Assembly (NCBI GenBank): GCA_016214035.1
Contig: JACRPF010000004.1
Span: forward strand, 144,322 to 208,321
Reading direction: 5' to 3'
From: Spirochaetota bacterium
GTDB taxonomy: Bacteria; Spirochaetota; Brachyspiria; Brachyspirales; JACRPF01
DNA length: 64,000 nt
Shown: positions 25,176-34,278 of the stretch, in pieces
Layout: every line of letters starts with the position of its first letter
Position numbering within the stretch: the stretch's first letter is position 1
Notes under the pieces: model-generated
Databases searched by the model: none
Told to the model about the DNA's origin: nothing
Seen by the model: the letters and a program-made list of their open reading frames with translations, nothing else
Translations under genes and position numbers: made by a program

Positions 25176-27407
25176 ATGTCCCAGGAACGCATCATTATCA
25201 TCGGTGCCGGTGTGCTACAGATGCCGGCTATTGAAATTGCCCAGGAAATGGGCCTTTACACCATCGTCTGCGACTATAACCGCGAAGCCCCCGGCATGAA
25301 AATAGCCGATTATACCGTCATCGTCTCCACACGCGATGTCGACGGCAACGTACGTATCGCCCGCGAATTGGCGTCGAAGATGCATATCCACGGCGTCATC
25401 ACCGCCGGAACCGATGCATCCATGACCGTGGCAGCCGTGGCGAACGCGCTTAATCTCCCGGGCATCAAATTCGAGGATGCATCCGCAGCCACGAACAAGA
25501 TAAAGATGCGGGAACGTTTCGCCATTCACAAAGTACCGCAGCCCGGTTTTTTTCCTTCATGGACATACGCCGAGGCGCTTGCCGCATTCCGTAAACTTGA
25601 AAAGCCGGTAGTCGTGAAACCGGCGGACAACATGGGTTCGCGCGGCGTTATGAAAGTTGAAAAAGAAATCGACATGCTCTACGCGTTCCAGCGGGCGAAG
25701 TCGGCATCGCCGTCCGGCGAGGTCATTGTTGAAGAATACATGGACGGCCCGGAACTTTCCATTGACATGCTCATACACGACGGCACCATACACATCACCG
25801 GTGTCGCGGACCGCATCATCGAGTATCCGCCGTATTTCGTGGAGACGGGACACATACTCCCCTCGGCGCTTCCGCAGAAGGATATCGATGCGGGCATCAA
25901 TGTCATGAAACAGGGTATCGCTGCGCTCAACCTAACCATAGGTTCGGCAAAAGGCGACATCAAGATAACGAGCAAAGGCGCCATGGTGGGCGAGATCGCA
26001 GCCCGGTTATCCGGCGGTTTCATGTCGGCATACACCTACCCGCTTGCAACAGGCGTCAACCTCATCAAAAATGCCATCGAAGTTGCGCTCGGTAAAGCCC
26101 CGTCGGACCTCAAAGAAAAGCATGCGCGTTTTTCCATGGAAAAGGCGCTCATACCCGGCAGCGGCATCGTGCAGGCTGTCGAGGGCGTTGACCGCGTACG
26201 GAAAATGGACGGCGTCGTCGAGGTTTTCCTCCGCGCGCGCACCGGCGACATCCTTGTCATGCCGACGAACAATCTTGAAAAAGCGGGAAACGTCATCGTC
26301 TGGGGCAACACACGCGATGAGACGATAGCCCGGGCGAATGCGGCCGTTGATGCGATAAAAATAAAACTCACCACCGAAGACACCGTGAATATGCTGCAGC
26401 TCAAACGTGTGGCACGGGAAAAATTCGCCGGTTCTTGCCGTGCGTGCCGCGAATGCGACGGCGAGGCCTGCCGCGGCGAGGTACCGGGCATCGGCGGCAT
26501 CGGGACGGGTGACAGTTTCGTACGCAATGTGCAGGCGCTCAAATCGTTCACGCTCAATACGGCGTTGATACACGGCATACGGGAACCGAACACCAACACC
26601 GACATCTTTACGTATCACCTGGAACTGCCGCTCATTGTCGCGCCCGTTCACGGCACGAATCTCAATATGGGCGGCGGCATGTCGGAAAGCGATTTCGCCG
26701 AAACCATCGTCGAAGGCGCGCGTGAGGCGGGCATCATCGCCATGGTCGGCGAGAGCGGCGAAACGGACTCCTACCGCGTTGGACTGAAAGCCATTCAAAA
26801 ATTCGGCGGCTATGGTATTCCCGTGTTCAAACCGGTGCGTAATCAGAATGATATCATCAAAAAGATAAAAATGGCCGAGGACGCGGGATGCGTTGCGGTG
26901 GCAATCGATATCGATGCCGGCTCATTTCTGGCGCTCGGCAATAATAAAGATGAGCTCGTCACAAAGACCGAGGATGAAATACGCGAACTGACATCGTCAA
27001 CGGCGCTGCCGATTATTCTTAAAGGCATCATGAGCCTGTCGGATGCGAAAATAGCCGTAAAAGCCGGGGCAAAAGGCATCTATATATCCAATAAAGGCGG
27101 CCGTGTGCTTGAAAGCTCGCCGGCTACCGTCAGCGTTTTGCCGGAAATCGGCTCAACAATCAAGAACAAGGCGCTTATTATCACCGACGGCGGATTCCGA
27201 AACGGTGCAGATGTGTTAAAAGGTTTGGCACTTTCTACCGATATTATAGGTGTAGGGCGCCCGATGGCTATTGCCGCATATGGTGGAGGCGCCCGCGGTG
27301 TGCAGTTCGTCGTCGGCAAATTCAAGGAAGAACTGATGCGCGCGATGATACTTACCGGTGTACGCGCGGTGAAAGATGTTACCAAGGAGATAATGAGCCG
27401 TCTATGA
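25176..27407 (+). CDS. Fusion protein: ATP-grasp (L-amino-acid-ligase-like) + Cys-motif + FMN-dependent alpha-hydroxy-acid-oxidase-like TIM barrel
   Basis: N-terminal half: KPVVVKPADNMGSRGV, EVIVEEYMDGPELSID, ETGHILPSALP. Linker: CRACRECDGEACRGEVPGIGGIGTG. C-terminal half: PIILKGI, ISNKGGRVLE, ITDGGFRNGADVLKGLALSTDIIGVGRP. Confidence 0.75.
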   Translation: MSQERIIIIGAGVLQMPAIEIAQEMGLYTIVCDYNREAPGMKIADYTVIVSTRDVDGNVRIARELASKMHIHGVITAGTDASMTVAAVANALNLPGIKFEDASAATNKIKMRERFAIHKVPQPGFFPSWTYAEALAAFRKLEKPVVVKPADNMGSRGVMKVEKEIDMLYAFQRAKSASPSGEVIVEEYMDGPELSIDMLIHDGTIHITGVADRIIEYPPYFVETGHILPSALPQKDIDAGINVMKQGIAALNLTIGSAKGDIKITSKGAMVGEIAARLSGGFMSAYTYPLATGVNLIKNAIEVALGKAPSDLKEKHARFSMEKALIPGSGIVQAVEGVDRVRKMDGVVEVFLRARTGDILVMPTNNLEKAGNVIVWGNTRDETIARANAAVDAIKIKLTTEDTVNMLQLKRVAREKFAGSCRACRECDGEACRGEVPGIGGIGTGDSFVRNVQALKSFTLNTALIHGIREPNTNTDIFTYHLELPLIVAPVHGTNLNMGGGMSESDFAETIVEGAREAGIIAMVGESGETDSYRVGLKAIQKFGGYGIPVFKPVRNQNDIIKKIKMAEDAGCVAVAIDIDAGSFLALGNNKDELVTKTEDEIRELTSSTALPIILKGIMSLSDAKIAVKAGAKGIYISNKGGRVLESSPATVSVLPEIGSTIKNKALIITDGGFRNGADVLKGLALSTDIIGVGRPMAIAAYGGGARGVQFVVGKFKEELMRAMILTGVRAVKDVTKEIMSRL

Positions 27408-28414
27408 GCAAGGGAACGATACAAAAAGGCGTCAAACACGCGCTTACCGCGATCATCCTCGGGTTTTTCTGCGGCTTTCTCATCGCCGCGGCGGGCTTCG
27501 TCGGCATTGAAGCGGTGGTCCGCTCGTTTACCGTCGACAGTTTCGCCTCATTCGGCGCGGCGCTGCGCACGGATCTTGACGCATACGCAAAATATATCGT
27601 CATTTTCGCCTTCGTCATGAGCATCGCCGCCTTCACTGCGGTTCAGGGCTTCGGCGCTAAACTCCAGAAACACAAACGGCTCATCACCACGCTGATATTC
27701 CTCCTTGTCGCCGTTGCGGCATTTCTCATCATGGGTCTTCGCTCGGGTATCGCTTCGCGCAAACCGGCGCTCATCCTGTTCATCGCCGGCGTGGTCATAC
27801 TGGTCCCCGCGCTGCTCGTTCCGCTGCGCAACGCCTTCTTTGCGCTGTATGCGCGTGCACTTACGATATTCATGATCGAGAATAAGAACGCCTATCTTGC
27901 AGATACGGGATATATCGCCGCTGAAAAAACACAGGACTATGAACGTTTCTTCTCCGAGGTCGAAGAGACTATCGCGGTGAGCCGACGCTACATGCGGCCG
28001 TTCGGCCTGATGGGTATCAAAATCAGCAATCAGCTCGAACTCATCAAACGCTACTCATCCGACGGGTATGATTTCATTGAGAAGCAGCTTATCGATCTCA
28101 TCAAGAAGAACGCCCGCGCCGGCGAAAACCAGTGCCTGGTGCAGAAGGGCAGCATACTTTCAATCGTTCTCGCGGGAAGCGCCAATGCATACGGAGCGCT
28201 TGCCCGTTACGAAGACCTGGTGAAGAAGCACACGTTCTTATACCGCAGCGAACCGGTGAACGTACGCATCGCATTCGGTATTGCCGGCGTTGACTTCAGC
28301 ACATCGGCCCACGGCGAGGCGGCAGCAGCGATCCGCGATTCGCTCATGCTCAAGGTAATCGACGCATTAAGCGATGCCGAGCAGAATGACACGATCATAG
28401 TACGATATATGTAA
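27404..28414 (+). CDS. Polytopic membrane protein with C-terminal degenerate GGDEF-like domain
   Basis: ATGA overlap with the fusion gene. About 5 TM helices, then a segment that follows the GGDEF-fold pattern (..VSRRYMRPFGLMGIKISN..ARAGENQCLVQKGSILSIVLAG..VRIAFGIAGV) but has no GG[DE]EF motif. Confidence 0.45.
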   Translation: MSKGTIQKGVKHALTAIILGFFCGFLIAAAGFVGIEAVVRSFTVDSFASFGAALRTDLDAYAKYIVIFAFVMSIAAFTAVQGFGAKLQKHKRLITTLIFLLVAVAAFLIMGLRSGIASRKPALILFIAGVVILVPALLVPLRNAFFALYARALTIFMIENKNAYLADTGYIAAEKTQDYERFFSEVEETIAVSRRYMRPFGLMGIKISNQLELIKRYSSDGYDFIEKQLIDLIKKNARAGENQCLVQKGSILSIVLAGSANAYGALARYEDLVKKHTFLYRSEPVNVRIAFGIAGVDFSTSAHGEAAAAIRDSLMLKVIDALSDAEQNDTIIVRYM

Positions 28415-28420
28415 GCGGGT

Positions 28421-29806
28421 GTGCGGCAGTACTGCCGCGCATCGGAGGCACGGGAGCTTGTGGAAGCGATAATAGTAATTCTGGCGGTGACGATAGTCCT
28501 CGTTTTCCGTTATATATGGGACGGTGTCTCGTTCCCGCGCAAACTCGCCAAGCTCAATGCCGCATTCGAACGCAGCGATTTCGAAACGGTGCTCAATGAG
28601 ATCAATACCCTCTCGAAAGACAGAAAGAAACTCCCCCCGGTACAATGGCTTCTGGCGCGCGTCTATTTCCAGCAGTCACAATTCATCATGGCAATGGTGC
28701 ACCTGAACGAGATCGTCAACGCCAACGCATACTCACGGGAGATACCCGCCATCGACGTGCATACCATGCTCGCCAGCATCTATGAACGCACCGGCAAGCC
28801 CAAAAAGGCCGTTGAAGAATACGAAGAGATAATCAAGCTTGATCAGAGCAATGTTACCGCTTTCACCAAAACCGGCACCTACTACTACACGAACAATGAT
28901 TATGAGAAGGCCGCGCCGTATCTTGAAAAGTCGCTCGCGCTGGACGAGAACAATGCCGAAATTCTCTACATGCTCGCCGTGATAAGCACCGCCCGCAAGG
29001 ACAATGAATCGGCATTGCGGTATGCCGAAAGCTGTCTCGTCATCGACCCGAATTACAACAAAGCAGTAGTGCTGCGCGGCCGCCTGCTGTATTCGCTGAA
29101 ACGCAACGACGAAGCGAAAAAGGATCTTCTGACCGCATACAACATCTCCGAATGCAAGATGGACGCGGCGATATTCCTCGGCCGAATGGCGAGCGAAGAG
29201 GGTGACGCGGAAAGCGCGTACCGGTTCTTCTCCGACGGGCTTACGCTCAACAACAACACCGATGAAGACACCATGCATGCGCGGTATGAATTCGCCATAC
29301 TGCTCGGCACCATGAAACGGCTGCAGGAGTCGCTGGAACAGTTTCGTATCATCAGGAACGCCCGCATGACCATGCTCGATGTCGAAGACCGCATCGAGAC
29401 ATACAGCAAGATTCTATCGAACCCGGCGCTCCGCGATGTGGCGCACGCGGATATCGCCGACTATCTCGACGAGACGCTTTACAAAATCCTTTCCAAGAGC
29501 GGCTATGCGGTCATCGAGAACAAAGAGGTCAGCTCCGGACGCATCTTCTTTGTAACGCTCAAAAAGATCGGCGGCGGCATGCAGGCATACCGTACGAGTT
29601 TCGCCCTCGACACGTCGCTCAATGTCATCGGGGTGGACGATATCCATGAATTCAACGACTATATCAAAGACAAACGTGCGCATAACAGCTTCTATTTCAG
29701 CCTCGGCGGATTTGAACCGAATGTACGTGCGTCGCTTCCCGCGCCTATAGAACTTTTCGATGCCGACAAGTTCGAACAGGTCATCAGCGGCAAGCTCAGC
29801 ATATAA
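28421..29806 (+). CDS. Membrane-anchored TPR protein with C-terminal restriction-endonuclease-fold-like (Mrr_cat-like, probably degenerate) domain
   Basis: GTG start, an N-terminal TM and about 6 TPR units. The C-terminal 120 aa (LYKILSKSGYAVIENKE..IFFVTLKK..VIGVDDIHEFNDYI..FYFSLGGFEPNV..IELFDADKFEQVI) resembles the Mrr catalytic-domain layout without a clear D..(D/E)xK. Confidence 0.45.
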   Translation: MRQYCRASEARELVEAIIVILAVTIVLVFRYIWDGVSFPRKLAKLNAAFERSDFETVLNEINTLSKDRKKLPPVQWLLARVYFQQSQFIMAMVHLNEIVNANAYSREIPAIDVHTMLASIYERTGKPKKAVEEYEEIIKLDQSNVTAFTKTGTYYYTNNDYEKAAPYLEKSLALDENNAEILYMLAVISTARKDNESALRYAESCLVIDPNYNKAVVLRGRLLYSLKRNDEAKKDLLTAYNISECKMDAAIFLGRMASEEGDAESAYRFFSDGLTLNNNTDEDTMHARYEFAILLGTMKRLQESLEQFRIIRNARMTMLDVEDRIETYSKILSNPALRDVAHADIADYLDETLYKILSKSGYAVIENKEVSSGRIFFVTLKKIGGGMQAYRTSFALDTSLNVIGVDDIHEFNDYIKDKRAHNSFYFSLGGFEPNVRASLPAPIELFDADKFEQVISGKLSI

Positions 29807-29825
29807 ACGGCGGTGAACGGAGAAC

Positions 29826-32800
29826 ATGCCACGTAAAGAAGACATCGACAGTATCGGCGCGGTAATACACCTGCTCGGCGACAAGCCGCTTCCCGAAAAA
29901 ATCGGGAAAGAGGACTATAAAGAGTATAAGGCGCTGTTCACCGACGAGATGCTCGCAACGATATCCACCGCGAAGAACGTAGTTCCTTCCATCGATGAAC
30001 TCATGGCGCTCGACGCCGCAGCAGCTGCCGGCCAGACTGCTGAAACCCCTGCCGCAGCGGCCGCAGCCGTGGACTCCTCGGCATCGGAATCCGGCGCTCC
30101 GGGCGCTGAATCCGCGACCGCACCTGCTCCGGAAAAAGAACAATCCATTGATGAGCTCCTGTCCTTCGACGATCTCACCGATGTTCAGGCGCCGAATGCG
30201 CCGATATCGCTTGACAGCATACTGACGCAGGGCGGAGAGACGGCATCCAAAGCCGGCCCGGCCGATATCGATGTCACGGTTCCCGATGAAACACCTGTCG
30301 AAGAAACTCCGTCCACTGAGATATCACCTGATCTGGATATAACTCCCGCCGCCGCCGCCACCGAAGAACCGCTTTCCGAAGCGCCTGCGGCAGCGAAGGA
30401 TGAATCGCCTGCCGACGACTCGCTTGAAAGCCTGCTCGCCGGGCTCGAAACACCGAAGGCAGAAACACCCGCGGCAGACGAGCAAACGGAAGTTGCCGCA
30501 GCCGGAGAACCTGAAACCCCGGCAGTACCGGACGATATTTTTTCTGCCCCCCTCGAGGACGAAACTCCGCCGGCCATTGAAAATGCCGTCGAGAACGAAG
30601 ACAACGCCGACATAGCGGATCTGCTGCCGCCCGCCGAGGAACCGGCAATCGCAACACCTGAGACCGCCGAGGAAAGGCCGCTCACGGAAGCTCCGGCTGC
30701 CGATGTAATAACGCCCCCGGCTGACGCTATTCCCGCCGACGAACTCCCGCCGGGATTACGCACCAGCAAATATCCGCGCATCCGTCTTGATGAGGACGCA
30801 CTTGCCGCTGTCATCACGCATATGCGTACGCTGTCCCCGGCGCTCCTGCCGGTTGTGGTGGATACGATACTGCACGACAAGCTTGATGAAGACACGATGA
30901 TTGCGCTTGTCGATCTTCTGCGTGAAGGGAAAAGCGAAAAAGAAATTGAATCCATATTCTCGAAAACGCTCGGCATCGTAACCTCGGCAGCAGCCGTCAC
31001 GGAGGCGGGCGAAAGCGCCATGCCGAAAACGGCGGCAAAACTCCTGCCGACAATCACCGCGTTCATTGAGAATTATCTCCCCACGCTCAGGGTTGCCGGA
31101 ATGGTGCTGGCGGTTATCATCTTCATCGTTCTGGTAGCCTATGCGCTCTGGGTCCCGTGGCATGTCACCATGCTGATCGAAAAAGGGATCACGTTCATCG
31201 ATAACGGCGATACGGACACGGCAAACAGGAATTTCAATGAAGCGGTGAACTATCGCTATTTCTTCACGAAAGCGTTCCTTAAAAAATACGAATGGTATGA
31301 CCGCTATGCGAAACAATTCATAAAAAAGGGTTCGCTGGAACTGGCGAAGGAAAAACTCGACCGCGCGCTCGGTTTCGACCCGCGTCATTTCGACATACGC
31401 CTCACCTACGGAGACTACTACCGCCGCAAAGGCGAGCTTGAGGAAAGCGAGGACGCATATCGCATGGGCGATATCCTTTACCGCCATTTCATCTCCGGCT
31501 ATGACCGGACAAGGGAACTTGACGCGGTCCGTTCACCCCGCAGCGTCGTAAGCAATGCGAATTTCATCCGCAATGAGACCTGGGCGACAAATGTGCGGCG
31601 ATTCGAGCCGGTACGTTCGGCCAAGAAACTCATCCCCGTGTTCGACGGCCGCGGACGGCTGTATATGAGCTGGGGCGACACGTTCAAACGCACGGAACGA
31701 TATGAGGCAGCGCTTGAGAATTTCCGGCGCATGATGAGCCTCACCGGAGACGGGCTTTTGCCCCGCAGACGTCTGGCCGCGCTTTACATCCGTCTGGACA
31801 ACAGAAAGAAAGTGGAAGAAAATCTGCGGCGCATCGAGACTTTCAAGAAAGGGTATGTCGATGACGAATTATTCCCCGAGGTTGCACGGTATCTGCTCGA
31901 CAAGAAGGACTATGTGCGCGCGCGCGTTCTGCTGGAAAATATACTCAAAGTATTTAACAACAATGAGCTTGCGCTCCTGACCGCCGCCGATTATTATATC
32001 AGACTGAAGGATTACGAGACGGCAAAAACGATACTGAATAAAGGGATAATCAGCAACAGCGACTTCATGCGCAACGGCATTCAGGGCGGCGGTTTCAGCG
32101 GCAAACGCGAAGCGGTGCACACGATGATCGGCATTATCCAGTACAATCAGAAAAACTACGCATCGGCGATTGCCGAGTTCAGTGAGGCGCTGAAAATTAA
32201 CGCCAATTATCCCGACGCGCACTTCTATCTCGGTCAGACATACTTCTATCAGGTGGACAATTACGATGCGGCCGCCTACCACTATGAAAACGCCGATATG
32301 CGCATCGCCGACAAGGACCGCAGACCCGTGCTGCTCGATTTCAACCTCGGCTATATCTACTATTTCCGGCGCGACGATAAGGGTTATGAATATGCCGCTG
32401 AACGCTTCACACGCGTGTACCACCGCATGCGCGGCAACCCCGTGGCCGCATATGCCCTCGGCAATACGATGCTCCACCTCGGGCGCGACTCGGTTGCCGA
32501 AGGATTATATCTCGATGCTATAAAAATACTCGAACACATCCGCGACAAATACGGTGCGCTCTCGATGGAAAATGCCGTTGAATTCAGGGCGGTGAACTTT
32601 CTCGCATCGCTCTACAACAATCTCGGTGTAGCGTATTTCAGGAAAGCTGCAAAAGGAGTAGACCGCGAGGCCAATGAACAGGCAGCGTTCCGCTATTTCG
32701 TGAAATCGGCGGAATACTTCGACCTTATCAAGAGTTCGCACGCGGAACTCCTGGAAGAGCGCACACGCCTTATCGGCAAGCTCGCGCAGGGCGATATCGG

Positions 32801-32915
32801 CATCCCGAAGCTCAATATATTGAAGCTGCATGACCCCGCACGCTACCGGAACAGAAAATACGCCGAAGTCATCGATGACTATATACCGAAGGACATCAAC
32901 TCGCTGACCAGGTAG
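29826..32915 (+). CDS. Large bitopic protein: about 250-aa acidic Pro/Ala/Glu-rich disordered region, one TM, long TPR array
   Basis: ORF track. Low-complexity region about 30013..30760, TM about 31081..31160 (VAGMVLAVIIFIVLVAYALWVPW), then many TPR-like repeats to the C-terminus. Confidence 0.75.
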   Translation: MPRKEDIDSIGAVIHLLGDKPLPEKIGKEDYKEYKALFTDEMLATISTAKNVVPSIDELMALDAAAAAGQTAETPAAAAAAVDSSASESGAPGAESATAPAPEKEQSIDELLSFDDLTDVQAPNAPISLDSILTQGGETASKAGPADIDVTVPDETPVEETPSTEISPDLDITPAAAATEEPLSEAPAAAKDESPADDSLESLLAGLETPKAETPAADEQTEVAAAGEPETPAVPDDIFSAPLEDETPPAIENAVENEDNADIADLLPPAEEPAIATPETAEERPLTEAPAADVITPPADAIPADELPPGLRTSKYPRIRLDEDALAAVITHMRTLSPALLPVVVDTILHDKLDEDTMIALVDLLREGKSEKEIESIFSKTLGIVTSAAAVTEAGESAMPKTAAKLLPTITAFIENYLPTLRVAGMVLAVIIFIVLVAYALWVPWHVTMLIEKGITFIDNGDTDTANRNFNEAVNYRYFFTKAFLKKYEWYDRYAKQFIKKGSLELAKEKLDRALGFDPRHFDIRLTYGDYYRRKGELEESEDAYRMGDILYRHFISGYDRTRELDAVRSPRSVVSNANFIRNETWATNVRRFEPVRSAKKLIPVFDGRGRLYMSWGDTFKRTERYEAALENFRRMMSLTGDGLLPRRRLAALYIRLDNRKKVEENLRRIETFKKGYVDDELFPEVARYLLDKKDYVRARVLLENILKVFNNNELALLTAADYYIRLKDYETAKTILNKGIISNSDFMRNGIQGGGFSGKREAVHTMIGIIQYNQKNYASAIAEFSEALKINANYPDAHFYLGQTYFYQVDNYDAAAYHYENADMRIADKDRRPVLLDFNLGYIYYFRRDDKGYEYAAERFTRVYHRMRGNPVAAYALGNTMLHLGRDSVAEGLYLDAIKILEHIRDKYGALSMENAVEFRAVNFLASLYNNLGVAYFRKAAKGVDREANEQAAFRYFVKSAEYFDLIKSSHAELLEERTRLIGKLAQGDIGIPKLNILKLHDPARYRNRKYAEVIDDYIPKDINSLTR

Positions 32916-32932
32916 CGGATGGATGCGCCGTT

Positions 32933-34165
32933 CTATTTCCCGCGCATATCAGCGCAGACGAGTTCGCCCGCCGCATTGCGCACATAGACAAGACCGCCGC
33001 TGAACGCCGGAGCAGACCAGCATCTTCCCGAGAGAACTTTCGCGGCAGCCAGCGGCTGATATGACAACTCGGTCGCGGTGACAACGGACAGTGTTCCGTC
33101 CTCGGTAAGCGCAACAATCTTCCCGTCCGAGATGAGCAGTGTACCAAGCCGGTTGAGGTTCGTCGACCACATGACATCGCCTGTTTTCCAGTTCACGCAG
33201 CTTAAACGCTTATAATCGAATCCATACAAATATCCGTTCCACAGCACCGAACTGCCGAGCTCATTGCACATCTTTTTGTTGCGCCATCGTTCGGCCGGTA
33301 CCGCTCCGCTCACGTCAAACAGAGCCGCACCCTTGCTGTGCCCGCTCGATACGAAAAGCATACCCGTATCGGCGATGACATCAGCTGCGTTCTGATCCCA
33401 CGTCGTGCGCCATGGTATTTTCCATAGCACGGCGCCCGAATCCTGCCGGGCGGCGACGACCTCGTGACCGCTTACGAACGCAAAACACGGCACGGCAGCT
33501 ATCTGTAATGGAACCGGCGACGAATATCCCGGACGGCCGTTACCGTTATTCCAGAGTATCGCTCCGTTCCTTGTATCAACCGCAACGCCTGCGGTTCCGA
33601 CCGGATAGATCACACGATCTCCTGTAACGAGAGGAGAACCGGCGAAGCCCCACCACGCGCCGTAATCACCTTCATTCGTACCGGGGTTGTCGAATTGCCT
33701 CGCCCACCGCACCGCGCCGGTAGCAGCGTCAAAACAGAACGCATGCCCGAATTTGCTGAGCGTATATACGCGGCCTTCATCGACCGCAGGTGTTGAACCG
33801 GGTCCGCCTTCATATGATAAGGGGTGGAGTCCGCACGGATAGGAATATTCCCACACCTTCGTTCCCGTCAATGCGTCAAAACAGAAAACCGTATCCTTCT
33901 CATCACGATTACCGATCGTGTACACACGTCCGGCCGCCACGGCGCATGATGAAAATCCCCGCCCTACTGTTACGCGCCAAAGCACCGTCGGTCCGTCATC
34001 CCTCCACGGCACCTCCGCGATCGTCTCTGTAGAAATACCGTTATGCTCAGGTCCGCGCCAGCACGGCCAGTCCGCGGAAAAAAGTACGCCGGCAACCGAC
34101 AGCGCCAGCGCACAATACCGTGCGCGTACCGTCATTGCGAAAAAACGTTCATACTGATTACTCAT
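32933..34165 (-). CDS. PQQ-like beta-propeller repeat protein (BamB-family fold), secreted
   Basis: Signal peptide, then ADWPCWRGPEHNG and repeated ..G.[VL][VY]......G.[LV].[AC].D..TG...W units. Confidence 0.75.
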   Translation of the reverse strand: MSNQYERFFAMTVRARYCALALSVAGVLFSADWPCWRGPEHNGISTETIAEVPWRDDGPTVLWRVTVGRGFSSCAVAAGRVYTIGNRDEKDTVFCFDALTGTKVWEYSYPCGLHPLSYEGGPGSTPAVDEGRVYTLSKFGHAFCFDAATGAVRWARQFDNPGTNEGDYGAWWGFAGSPLVTGDRVIYPVGTAGVAVDTRNGAILWNNGNGRPGYSSPVPLQIAAVPCFAFVSGHEVVAARQDSGAVLWKIPWRTTWDQNAADVIADTGMLFVSSGHSKGAALFDVSGAVPAERWRNKKMCNELGSSVLWNGYLYGFDYKRLSCVNWKTGDVMWSTNLNRLGTLLISDGKIVALTEDGTLSVVTATELSYQPLAAAKVLSGRCWSAPAFSGGLVYVRNAAGELVCADMRGK

Positions 34166-34242
34166 ATTCGACCTCGTTCAGAATCAAGCCAGTAAATTAC
34201 ACTATTTCAGATGATATCGCAACCGAAGGATGTATGCCTCAG

Positions 34243-34270
34243 TTGCGTTCCGCATCATGACAGATATAAT
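34243..34270 (+). promoter_or_regulatory. Sigma-70-type promoter (TTGCGT-16-TATAAT) for hypF
   Basis: TTGCGT 34243..34248, a 16-nt spacer, and a perfect TATAAT at 34265..34270. The hypF ATG is at 34279, only 8 nt after the -10. Confidence 0.5.
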
Positions 34271-34278
34271 AAACCCAT

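Noticed and set aside
27227-27245. Additional TGGCAC hexamers (also near 26411, 40824 and 50369), considered as further sigma-54 promoters.
   Set aside because: None is followed by TTGC at the required 5-nt spacing, and all lie inside coding sequence.
30185-31066. 293-aa Ser/Ala/Gly-rich minus-strand ORF.
   Set aside because: It is the mirror image of the acidic Pro/Ala/Glu-rich low-complexity region of the 1029-aa plus-strand gene. It has no independent start context and no motifs.
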